Below are positions 11,267-20,000 of a stretch of 20,000 bases of DNA, piece by piece. The notes beneath the pieces were generated by a model. It was not told the DNA's origin and ran no database searches. It saw only the letters and a list, made by a program, of their open reading frames with translations. A program made the translations under genes and the position numbers. Location: the NCBI GenBank assembly GCA_013239625.1, contig MU054096.1:201913-221912 (forward strand), given 5' to 3'. Source of the DNA: Lama guanicoe. Its lineage: Eukaryota. Every line of letters begins with the position of its first letter. Within the stretch, counting starts at the first letter, position 1.

Positions 11267-12449
11267 GTTACCATGAAGACAAAGACTTCTCGTCTGCTTG
11301 GTGTAACCCAGGACTGGAGGAGGAATGAGCAGAGCCTTGTGTGGGGTTCCACTGTTTTGCCCGGGATGCTTTAGGCTCAGGAAGAACCCCGCTGAGCTCT
11401 ATCTTCAATGGAAACATAAAAAAACTTTCAGGAGAGGGAGAGAATGATTCTCTCTCTTTCCCAAGTTACAGGCTTCTAAAAACTGGCTCGCCGGAAATCG
11501 TTTCTGTAGTCTTATGTTTAACTGGTTTTTTTCAATGCCGGGAACCTCGCGTGGAACACATACACCACCACGAGGGATCTGCAGTTACAGTGACGTGTCC
11601 CCTCCGTCCCGCCGAGTGGCACAGCTCCAGGAGAAACCAGCCACACGGCACTGGTGCTTTCTGGAGCGAAAACAGGAAAGCAACGTGAAGGGAGCCCCCC
11701 GCAACTGTGCCACAGTGATCTCAACAGATGTAATTAATCTGGACAATTTGTTTTTAAATACGTATGATCCTCAATCAAAGGGAAACATAAAAAAAAAATC
11801 ACAAATGAAAATTCTAAGTTTAAAGACATACATATAAAAAACCAAGCAGTTACTTCCTTAGGCCTAAGGCCCTTTTATTTACAACAGCACCTCAGTCTCT
11901 CCCCACATCCTACCTTCCACTCACTCCTCATTAATCTAAATCCCTGGGCAGGAAGGAGCTGAAAGCGAGAGAAGGATCCGGACGTCAGGAACACGCAAAC
12001 TCAAAACCTCCAAGGGACTCGAACATTTAATATCACTGCCAGGCACGGAGCATGGGATCTTACTGGTAGCTGGGTATTGCCCCGTATTTATGTGGTATCT
12101 TTATGACAGGAAAAGTTAAGTAGGTCACAAGGCATTAGACTGTTATCGACATACAATTCTCTCATGTCAACCCATGACACAGCACAAAACAAGAAGTCAT
12201 CCTACTTCACTGAATGTGTTTGCATGGTTCAAAAATCCAGACTATACTTAAAGTTTTGCTTCCACTCCTGCCTCAAGTCCTGGTCCCTCACACCCTCTGT
12301 GGCGATCATCTTCACTCGTTTTTCGGTAATCTTTCCAGTGTATTTACACAAATACTAATAAATACAAACAGACATTCTTACTCCCCACTTAGAGAAAAGG
12401 CACGAAACAGTATCTCCTGACCCCACACCTCGGTTTTTTAAAATCAATT

Positions 12450-12575
12450 TACCCTAGAGATCTCGCCACATCAGTACAAAGAGATCACCTCATTCTTTTT
12501 CATAGCTGGAGAATCCCACTGTGTGGACATACCATGATCTACTCACCCAGTGACCTGTTATGTTGCTTCCAAAGC
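12450..12575 (-). mobile_element. Ancient L1 (L1ME-like) 3' fragment
   Basis: gagatctcgccacatcagtacaaagagatcacctcattctttttcatagctg...cactgtgtggacataccatgat. Confidence 0.6.
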
Positions 12576-13034
12576 ATCTTCTTAAGTGATACATTTTTCA
12601 AATCTCTCTTATTACTGCAAGAAAGTGAATTATAGATACCACAGGATTTGCTTTCTTAGACTTATAATACAACACGTTAGTGACCTACTGTTCATATTTT
12701 GTAAGAAAACCATCAGAAAAGTCTACCTCACATGGCTGCTTCCTCTCCCCATCAAAGCTTACTGTGTTTATTACAGGATTTCTCAGAGCCTTTAATACAC
12801 CATTATCCACTGTGAATCTCCCAAAAGTATACCAAGTGACATTTCCCAAACTTACTCGGCTATAGAATGGTTCTTTGGCAAAACCTTCAACAGGTGTACA
12901 GTGTTCTGCAAAACAAACTTTAGCAAATACTGGGGTGAAGTTAGTAATTATTGTCATCTAGTTGGCAAAATACAAGACCATGAACTTTTAAGGAAGGCAC
13001 AAAACCAAGCTGAGCTAAATTTTAGACTAGGCCT

Positions 13035-13185
13035 TAGCTGTGTTTTGGATTATAAACCCCTTTGAGGTCTGAATGTAAAGCTATTTGATCCTCTCCTAGA
13101 TTAGAAAAGGATGCATACAAGCTTAAATTTTTTTAGTTGCTGGTGACTCACGGACCCCCGAGCCCCTTCCACGGTCCCCAGGGGC
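13035..13185. mobile_element. hAT-Charlie-type MITE remnant (MER103-like)
   Basis: acccctttgaggtctgaatgtaaagctatttgatcctctcc...tcacggacccccgagccccttccacggtccccagg resembles the recalled consensus; exact family uncertain. Confidence 0.55.
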
Positions 13186-14030
13186 ATGTCCATTTCAGAA
13201 GCAATTTTAAATAAGCAATGCTATGTTATCTATGGCACCATTAATACCCAAGTGCCAGGGCAGAGTTCAGAGCACTTTTCGTGCCAAGCTAATGAAAACC
13301 CAGCAGAGAACTCACCATGAGATGCTCCTTGGTGCAAAGCGAATAAAGTCTACTCAAAGGGATCGTGTTTAACAATTAACAATATCAAGCAAAGGAAATC
13401 CTATTGAATAACTGTGAGAACTATTACAACAGGTGTGGTCTGGTTTCTCCACAGGTGTCTCTGATTTTAAATAAATACATCAGGATTAAGAAAGCTGATC
13501 TTTAATTCACCTTATACAATACGGAAGCTCCTCTGGGATTTGAAAAACGCAATACATTTCATAGTTAGACAGTAGTATTGACTAGAAATATAATTCTGCA
13601 GCAAATGCAAACACGACCGTGTGAATGCCCAGGAGAAACAAAAAGAATTCTAGGGTTTTAAATGCAGATCAGAGAATCCCCAAGCATGATTAGAGTCCAG
13701 TTAGGGAAGTGATCTGGAGAGAAGAGGTACTGAATTGAAAAGGTGATACACGCAGGGCCACCACATCTGGATCTGAGGGTTCTGAGGGGCACTCAGAGGA
13801 GAGAGCCAGTGCAGGTGGAGGCCCAGCCCAGGCCCCCCTCACCCAGCCTAGTGCCAAAGCTGCACCTGCTGAAATTCAGACCCTCCTCCCTCCCTTCCCC
13901 TGAACCCCACCCACCCACAGCAAATACTAAAAAATGCAAAAATTTTGAAAAAGAAAGGGTGTTTTCTAAGTCAAGATAATAGCCCAGTAGCCAAAATATA
14001 ATAAAACAGGAACTTCGAATTTAAATTCTT

Positions 14031-14077
14031 TTTGTTTTGTTTTGTTTTGGGGGGAGGGGTAATTAGGTTTATTTATT

Positions 14078-14113
<36 letters not shown>

Positions 14114-14143
14114 ATTTTAATGGAGCTATGGGGGATTGAACCG
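14031..14143 (-). mobile_element. 5'-truncated Vic-1-type SINE with 22-bp TSD
   Basis: Reverse strand reads ggttcaatcccccatagctccattaaaa...(taac)n...aataaataaacctaattacccctccccccaaaacaaaa. Flanked by ggaacttcgaatttaaattctt (14009-14030) and ggaacttctaacttaaattctt (14144-14165). Confidence 0.88.
14078..14113. repeat. (GTTA)9 microsatellite inside the SINE
   Basis: Read directly. Confidence 0.9.
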
Positions 14144-14267
14144 GGAACTTCTAACTTAAATTCTTATAAAAATTTGTTTCTTAAGGACTTCACAGAAACT
14201 TCTCCAGCACTACCACAGAACTCAATGGGAAGAGAGAGTCTACTAGACGTAAATTTGCTTTATTCCC

Positions 14268-14300
14268 TTTTTTTTTTTTTTTTATTTTTTTTTTTTTTTT
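14268..14300. repeat. Poly(T) tract T16-A-T16
   Basis: Read directly. Confidence 0.9.
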
Positions 14301-14510
14301 GCTGAATACAGCAATCCCTAAGGGGAGAGGAGTTCTGTGTGAGTATTTTCAGGATTTTTCCAGAATAAAGAGTAGTATTAGGCTGAAAATATTCTGTATA
14401 TAAAAGAGCGGGCACCAAGCACAAAAGCACCAAGGGTCAATTACACGCAATGGGAAAGTATGCGAAGAAAAAGACTTTAAGTATCATCTTTTCCCTTCTT
14501 AGGCTCTATT

Positions 14511-14569
14511 AAGAGTACAGGCAAAGAGAAAAAAATTAAGAAAAAAAAATTTTTAAAAGAGTACAGGCA
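14511..14569 (+). mobile_element. Tail-only retrotransposon insertion with perfect 13-bp TSD
   Basis: aagagtacaggca at 14511-14523 and 14557-14569 flanks 33 nt of A-rich sequence; preceded by TT (TT/AAGA L1-endonuclease-type site). Confidence 0.75.
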
Positions 14570-15116
14570 TCTTGCACAAGGGAATCCATTTGCCAAGATA
14601 CATCCAATGCCCCAGAGTTCCTAATCACAGATAATATGCAACTCAACAGCTCTCCAAATGGAGCAAACTGACAGAAAGCAGGAGAACAGTGCTAGAATCC
14701 AGAGAGAGGATGATTCTATACTGCCTGACGTGTGGAAAGAATGAGGACCAAACCACACCATTCGACGTAACACTCTACAAAGAAAAAGGAAGGATATTTA
14801 AAATATTAATGCATCTTTTCTATTTTGCTATGAAAGGTGGACTGTGTTTTACCTTTCACTATGATACTGTTCCCCACCCCCCCCCAAAAAAAAACTGGTC
14901 TAAATACACTTATTAAAATCCAAACTATGGCTAAAGAAAAATTAAAATACTTAAAAATAAGCTCTTTGGAGAAAATCTGAAAATCTGCTTAAAATAGCCA
15001 AACTAGAACCTTTCTGTAGTGGCACATTAGCTCCAGATAAAAAATTCAAATCAATATCATAATCATGTTATCTTTCAAAACCAAGCTCTGAAAAAAAGTG
15101 TTTCACCACACTCACC

Positions 15117-15672
15117 TTTTTTTTTTAACACCTTTGTTGTGGTATGATTCCTGTAAACTACACATATTTCAGATGTATCATTTGATCAATTTTGATAAAT
15201 GTCTACACCAATGACACCATCACCACAATCAAGATGGCTAACATTTCCATCACTCCCCAAGAGGTGCAAATCTCAAACTCCCAATTGATCCCTTCTCACC
15301 TACTTTCCCCACCATAACCATAAGTCTGTTCTCTATGTCTGTGAGTCTGTTTCTGTTTTATAAATAAGTTCATTTGTGTCTTTTTTTTAGATTTCACGTA
15401 TAAGTGATACCCTATGGTATTTTTCTTTTCCTGACTTACTTCACTTAGAATGATGATCTCCAGGTCCATCCATGTTGCTGCAAATGGCATTATTTTATTC
15501 TTTTCTATGGCTGAGTAGTATTTCATTGCATAAATACACCGCATCTTCTTTATCCAGTCCTGTCGATGGACATTTGGGTTGTTTCCATAAGTTGGCTATT
15601 GCATATAGTGCTGCTATCAACATTGGAATGCACGTGTCTTTTTGAATTATATTTTTCTCTGGATGTATTTGG
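15117..15672 (-). mobile_element. 5'-truncated L1: ORF2 C-terminal remnant plus composite 3' UTR and poly(A)
   Basis: ORF track 15296-15544 gives YYSAIEKNKIMPFAATWMDLEIIILSEVSQ (L1 ORF2p C-terminus). T-run at 15117-15126. Imperfect TSD ccacactcacctttt/ccactctcatttt. Confidence 0.92.
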
Positions 15673-15849
15673 CCACTCTCATTTTACAGCAGTCATTTAA
15701 ACTGTCTAGCCCATGTGAGGAAAAAGTCACTGTTTCAGAAATCTAGCTCTACTCCAGTCGGCTAGGCCTCCGCCCTCAGGGAGACTGTCAGTAGGAGCAC
15801 TGCCAACCTAGCCCGCCACATACAGACCCCCTCATGGTTTACCGTTACA

Positions 15850-16068
15850 CTGCTGACCCTCAAACATCACAGGTTCGATCTCCAGGACTCCACTTATATG
15901 TGGACTTTTTTTCAATAACTACATACCACAGTTCTATGTGATCTGTCATTGGTTGAATCCGTGGATGTGGAACCATGGAGATGAAGGCCGACTGGAAAAG
16001 TTCTATGTGGATTTTCGACTGCGTGGAGGGTTGCACCCCCGACCTCTGCACTGTTCAAGGGTCTGCTG
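15850..16068. mobile_element. Non-autonomous Tigger DNA transposon, MER8/Tigger2-like
   Basis: Imperfect TIRs ctgctgaccctcaaaca / tgttcaagggtctgctg followed by TA. Internal ccacttatatgtggac, ggttgaatccgtggatgtggaacc and ggattttcgactgcgtgg. Confidence 0.85.
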
Positions 16069-17189
16069 TAATTACCAATAATCCTAAAAGTCTCCACAAG
16101 CTGTAAAATTCAATGAGTATCACTCAACAAAATACACGAAGTTGTCTGCCTACAAAAACAGAGGCAAACTTCATTGTCAGTTAGAATGTTGGAAGAGCTA
16201 CCCACTTTGTATAGGAATCAAAAATTTACTTGTTAAACAGGGGACTAAAAAGGAGGGGGAGACGGCCAACTGAATCTTTACATTTGTGAACACTGATCTT
16301 TATTACTGATACATGCTTCTTGCAAAATCTGGAAATAATGCATGCATAAAAACTGATTAACTACAGAAGAATCCGTAATCAGTAAGAGGAAGCGATAATA
16401 TGAGTCAAAAGCCACAATGAATAATTTGTAATTTTAACCCTAGGAATCACCTGCATGTTCCCTAATATAAATGGCCTATCTTGCGAATTGCAGGTACTAT
16501 CGACTTTAAGATCAAATTGCAGTAAAATACAGCGAGAAAGAAGGGGAAGGAAAGAGGAAGAAAAGCAACCCATCACAGGATGCTGACAAGCACAAGCAGC
16601 GAGGTTTTGAGTCCACCACAAAGCACCAAAATAATATACCGGGTTCCTCCAACACTAGGTTACTTTGGCTTTCGATTTTAACCTACTCAAGTAACAGGAG
16701 TCGGCGAGTGTAACAAAACACTCTATTTTCACATCTTAAGTTCTCTTAGAAGAAAACCTGTGTACGTCCCAGGCTCAATTACCAAGTAAAACAATTCTTC
16801 AGCCCGACTCAGCTGTCTCACGGTTTCATCTGGACTGATGACAGGTTAGCTGTTTCTCCCTTTATCACACTTCTATGGATGGTGGCCCAGAGATACCAAC
16901 TATAAGGCAAAAAGGGAACTAAAATCCTGATAATATGCCTAGGGTGCATAATATCTCTAGAGCTATCAATACCTAGCCACAGAGATCCCCAAAGAACCGC
17001 ATACTTCCAGATCTGCCAAACACTCTCACTGACGATTACCACGGAATTCATATTGGGTTGGTAATATCTTTCATTTCTACCAACTACTTTTATAAGAGTA
17101 TTTCTAACAGGCTCATGAAAATGTCTTAACTGCCACTCACAAAAGGAATTAGCAGGAATGCAAATACTATCACTGAAATCACGACACAT

Positions 17190-17285
17190 GACAAACTCAA
17201 CAAGGTTAGGGTTCTGTCCACCTTGTTTGCCTATATCCCCTGCCACGGAGGAGATACTGAATAGATACCTGTAAAATGAATGAAA
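17190..17285 (+). mobile_element. L2 3' end fragment
   Basis: agggttctgtccaccttgtttgcctatatcccc...gaatagatacctgtaaaatgaatgaa. Confidence 0.6.
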
Positions 17286-17539
17286 TCATGTAACAGTTAT
17301 TAACAGAATTCTGTTAAATCGCACACTGTTTAAAACTAGAACATCTGAAAAACCTGGGAAACTGCTAAACAGTGATATTTACTGTAACAGGATTTACTCT
17401 ATACCAGAAAACAAGAATGACAGTTCAAACCAGTTCTCAGGGAGGCCCGTGATGATGAGTTTTTGTAACACAGCAAACAAAAATTGCATTTCTCAATAAG
17501 CTACTTTCCACTCTATCCCAGACCCATGATGAATGAAAA

Positions 17540-17595
17540 CTACAGAATTTTAAGGGCAGAAGAAACCTTAGCACCTAAATGAGGAAACTGAGGGG
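17540..17595 (-). mobile_element. MIR core fragment
   Basis: agaattttaagggcagaagaaaccttag...aatgaggaaactgagg. Confidence 0.55.
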
Positions 17596-18019
17596 CTCCA
17601 GTTTCAGAGTAATGCAAACTGCCACCAATTTATTCAAAACATTTTGCATGATTATATACCTAAGATAGCATTTTATGAATAATAAATTTATTCTACCTTA
17701 TTTTGACTACACTAAGCAGCTGGCTGGGAGCTGCAGGAATTATGACTAACGAGTATCATAGTCTTCCGCTTCCATGACTTTCACTTCCCAGGTGAAACCA
17801 GTGAGGAAGGAGTTAACTTTGTCAATGCCAATAGTGTCTCTCTTTCCAGTTTTCAAGTGACAGTGTTCTCTACTACTTAAACCAACAGTTTTCCTGTTCT
17901 CTCATTGACTCTTTAGACCGTAGGACTGCTTATTACATTTGATTCATATTATCAGTGTATACATGGTTACTGTAGCCAAGTCTTATCTTCCCAAGATTTA
18001 AGAGGTATATCCCTCCAAA

Positions 18020-18161
18020 GTGCTCCCCTGCCATTCGGTTAATAACATGTTTGATAATCTCTTTGTCAATTGTCTCCCTCTTTTGAGCAGAGCTGGTTCT
18101 GTTGCATTGGGCACTACAGGATAAGTTCTAAGTAAGTGTTATCACAATGAATGAATGAATG
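18020..18161 (+). mobile_element. L2 3' end fragment with (AATG)n tail
   Basis: tgtctccctcttttgagcagagc...ctaagtaagtgttatcacaatgaatgaatgaatg. Confidence 0.5.
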
Positions 18162-18918
18162 GTTTGGAAGGGAATGGCATTATCCATAAGCTGCTTCTGC
18201 AAGCTAAGGAGGCAAATCTGAGAACATATCATAGTTTCTCCCCAGCTTCATGAAAACGCAGACACTCTTTACTGAAGTGAAAATTTGCAAATAAATTTAA
18301 GAACAGCCCAGTGTACCTGATACACACTGTTAGAGAAGGTGTTAAGAAATACATCTCAAACACAGTGTATTCAAAGGCCACACAAAGATTTACAGAAGAT
18401 TCCTTAGGACAGACGAGTTTCCAGCATTCCATTACCATCACCACGAGGACTCTTCCCCAAAACCACTGCTAAATGACTTCACTGTCTGGAGACTAAGTTC
18501 TTCTCCACGTTTTGAGAATTTATAGAACATACTGAAATGATGAACGGCTAGTCTCCATGGCCCTCACAGTCATCTCTAAAAGGACAGGAGGTGGAGGCGG
18601 GGGAAAGTCAGTGAAATTCTTGAATAAAAACACGTGAAAAGCAATTTTCCCGTTAGTTGTGACAGACTGGAAATTTTTCACTGCCACCTTCCCTCCTGTG
18701 CTGGTCACAAAGTGAGAGCTGGAAGTCGGAAAATTTCGAACACCTCTATTCCCTCTTCGAGTCAAGAACTATGAAGGGAGGAAAGAATCAGAGCCGTGGG
18801 GACCTATGCATCCCACATGAAAGCAGGAAGTCAGTTTCAGGAGCCCGGGCCGCGTGTCCAGCATCCCAGAGGCGAACAGCGACCTCTGCAAAGCCCACCC
18901 CCACTCCCCTCTAACCCT

Positions 18919-18936
18919 GAAGCCGAAGCCGAAGCC
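18919..18936. repeat. (GAAGCC)3 tandem repeat
   Basis: Read directly. Confidence 0.8.
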
Positions 18937-19010
18937 GCCTCGGAGGAAAACGGACACCTTCCTCTTTCTATTTGGCCTGCGGCAGGACGAGGCCTCGGTT
19001 CTCGCCAGAA

Positions 19011-19028
19011 GAGGAGGAGGAGGAGGAG
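19011..19028. repeat. (GAG)6 trinucleotide repeat
   Basis: Read directly. Confidence 0.85.
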
Positions 19029-19648
19029 GCGGACCAGGCAGAGCCAGCAACGCAAGGTAGCCCTGGCCGCGAAGGCAGGCGGCTCGTCCACGCGGCCGGA
19101 CAAGTCCCCGAACAAAGCGCACCGCGGGCTGGAGGGGAGACGGGACACATGGGGAAGCCTCACCCAGCTCTTACCCACCGCCTAGGGCTCAGACAGGTGG
19201 AGCCGCGCTCCTCCTTCGAGGGAGAAGAGGATGGGTTTCCGAAGGGCTAACCTCAACTCCAGCGCCAAGGCCACCGGAACCGGGACGCGGGCAGGGAGAG
19301 CGCCCGGGAACGAGAGGCGAGCGCTGCGGGGAGAAGGAAGCGCCGGTCCGGCTGCTGGGCGGCGGACCCCGCGGGGTGCCCGGGTCCCCCCGGATGCTGG
19401 GAGCCCAGGACGCGGCGGCCGGGATGCCCGCGGCGCGCTGCCGGCCGCCCCACGCGGGCCTCCTCGGCGCCGCGCCGCCCGCCCCCTCGCCCTGGGCGGC
19501 CACACAAAGGGGCCGGCCAGGCGCGCCGGCCTCCGGGCGATGGGGGGGCCGGACCCGGGCGAGCTGCCGGCCCGCGGCTCCCGCCGGGCCCCCGCCTTTG
19601 TCCGCCGCGCCCCCCGCCGAGGAGCCCCGCCGCCCGCGGCGCCCGCAC

Positions 19649-19660
19649 CCCGCTCGTTAC
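19649..19660 (-). CDS. SLC4A7: Optional 12-nt in-frame extension of SLC4A7 exon 1 (VTSG) via a downstream splice donor
   Basis: CGG|GTAACG (donor 1, GT at 19660-19659) and GGG|GTGCGG (donor 2, GT at 19648-19647) are 12 nt apart, corresponding to the optional VTSR segment I recall in human NBCn1. Confidence 0.7.
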
Positions 19661-19708
19661 CCGGGTGAGGAGCGGTCTCATCTGCTCGCCGGCGCCGTCC
19701 GCCTCCAT
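19661..19708 (-). CDS. SLC4A7: SLC4A7 (NBCn1/NBC3 sodium bicarbonate cotransporter) first coding exon, MEAD-type N-terminus
   Basis: Translates to MEADGAGEQMRPLLTR, the N-terminus of MEAD-NBCn1. Strong Kozak context (ccgaccATGG), phase-0 GT donor directly after, inside a CpG island. Confidence 0.95.
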
Positions 19709-19979
19709 GGTCGGCCCTCCAGCCCGCGGCGGCCGCTCCGGTGCTGCCCCGCGAGGTCTGGCCGCCGCCGCCGCCGCCGCCGCCGCCGAGAGCCGAGCGC
19801 CCAAGGGGAAACGAACGTGCGTCCGAGCGCGAGGCGCGCGCGTGGGGACAGCTGTGCGCGCGAGGCGAGGGCGCGTGCGCGGCGGCCGCGGGGCTGCCTG
19901 TCTCCGGGCCCGAGGCCGCGGCTTGGGACGTGGAACCAGCACTGAGCGAGCGGGAGGCCGAGGCGGGGAGGAGGGCACT
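19709..19979 (-). other. SLC4A7: SLC4A7 GC-rich 5' UTR (upstream boundary approximate)
   Basis: Directly upstream of the ATG; no upstream ATG between 19709 and 20000 on the minus strand; TSS inferred only. Confidence 0.6.
19761..19787 (-). repeat. (GGC/CGG)9 repeat in the SLC4A7 5' UTR
   Basis: gccgccgccgccgccgccgccgccgcc on the + strand. Confidence 0.92.
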
Positions 19980-19998
19980 GCGGAGGCCGGGGGCGGGG
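19941..19998 (-). promoter_or_regulatory. TATA-less core promoter elements: candidate initiators and Sp/KLF GC box
   Basis: BBCABW initiator matches CTCAGT (+1 at 19943) and CGCAGT (+1 at 19979) on the minus strand; GGGGCGGGG at 19990-19998. Confidence 0.5.
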
Positions 19999-20000
19999 CG

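Larger units (their letters stand above)
1..19648 (-). other. SLC4A7: SLC4A7 intron 1 (partial; continues beyond position 1)
   Basis: Lies downstream (minus strand) of the exon-1 donors at 19660/19648. No sequence encoding the next exon (GPDEEAVVDLGK...) was found by eye. Composition is repeat-rich and intron-like. Confidence 0.85.
18840..20000. promoter_or_regulatory. SLC4A7: CpG island spanning SLC4A7 promoter, exon 1 and start of intron 1
   Basis: Abrupt switch to very high GC and dense CpG, surrounding the first coding exon. Confidence 0.93.

Noticed and set aside
12685..12957. 90-aa ATG ORF with protein-like composition
   Set aside because: No recognisable family, promoter, poly(A)/TSD or exon context; length is within chance expectation for 20 kb
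15296..15544. 82-aa ORF as a gene
   Set aside because: Decayed L1 ORF2p C-terminus running into the L1 3' UTR
16818..17246. Longest intronic ORF (142 aa)
   Set aside because: GTG start inside an L2 remnant and no recognisable homology; BLASTp/PhyloCSF could overturn this
1..19648. Alternative MERF-type first exon or the shared GPDEEAVVDLGK exon of SLC4A7
   Set aside because: No matching sequence found by eye on the minus strand; they probably lie beyond position 1. A tBLASTn would be decisive.
18769..19978. Many long overlapping R/P/A/G-rich ORFs
   Set aside because: Artefact of stop-codon scarcity in a CpG island; only 19649/19661-19708 is supported as coding
1..20000. CRISPR array, operon, defence system or other prokaryote-type system
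   Set aside because: No repeat-spacer array or gene-dense structure; the sequence is mammalian intron and promoter throughout

Overview
Mammalian genomic DNA, almost certainly camelid (two Vic-1-type tRNA-derived SINEs and camelid/artiodactyl-type L1 3' ends). The right end (~18840-20000) is a CpG-island promoter containing the first coding exon of SLC4A7 (NBCn1, electroneutral Na+/HCO3- cotransporter) on the minus strand: ATG at 19708, MEADGAGEQMRPLLTR, with tandem in-frame splice donors. The rest (1-~19650) is intron 1, a patchwork of MIR, L2, L1, two solo LTRs (MER31-like, MER21-like), Tigger/hAT-type DNA-transposon fossils, SINEs and microsatellites. I found no downstream SLC4A7 exon and no other credible coding region. 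I cannot support a new biological system here. The most interesting points are a G-quadruplex motif overlapping the alternative exon-1 donor (VTSG instead of human VTSR), an L1 whose 3' UTR switches to an older L1 type, a tail-only retrotransposon insertion with a perfect TSD, a possible L1 3' transduction, and an enhancer-like motif cluster near 11.2-11.7 kb. Repeat family names come from recalled consensus sequences, not from a database search.
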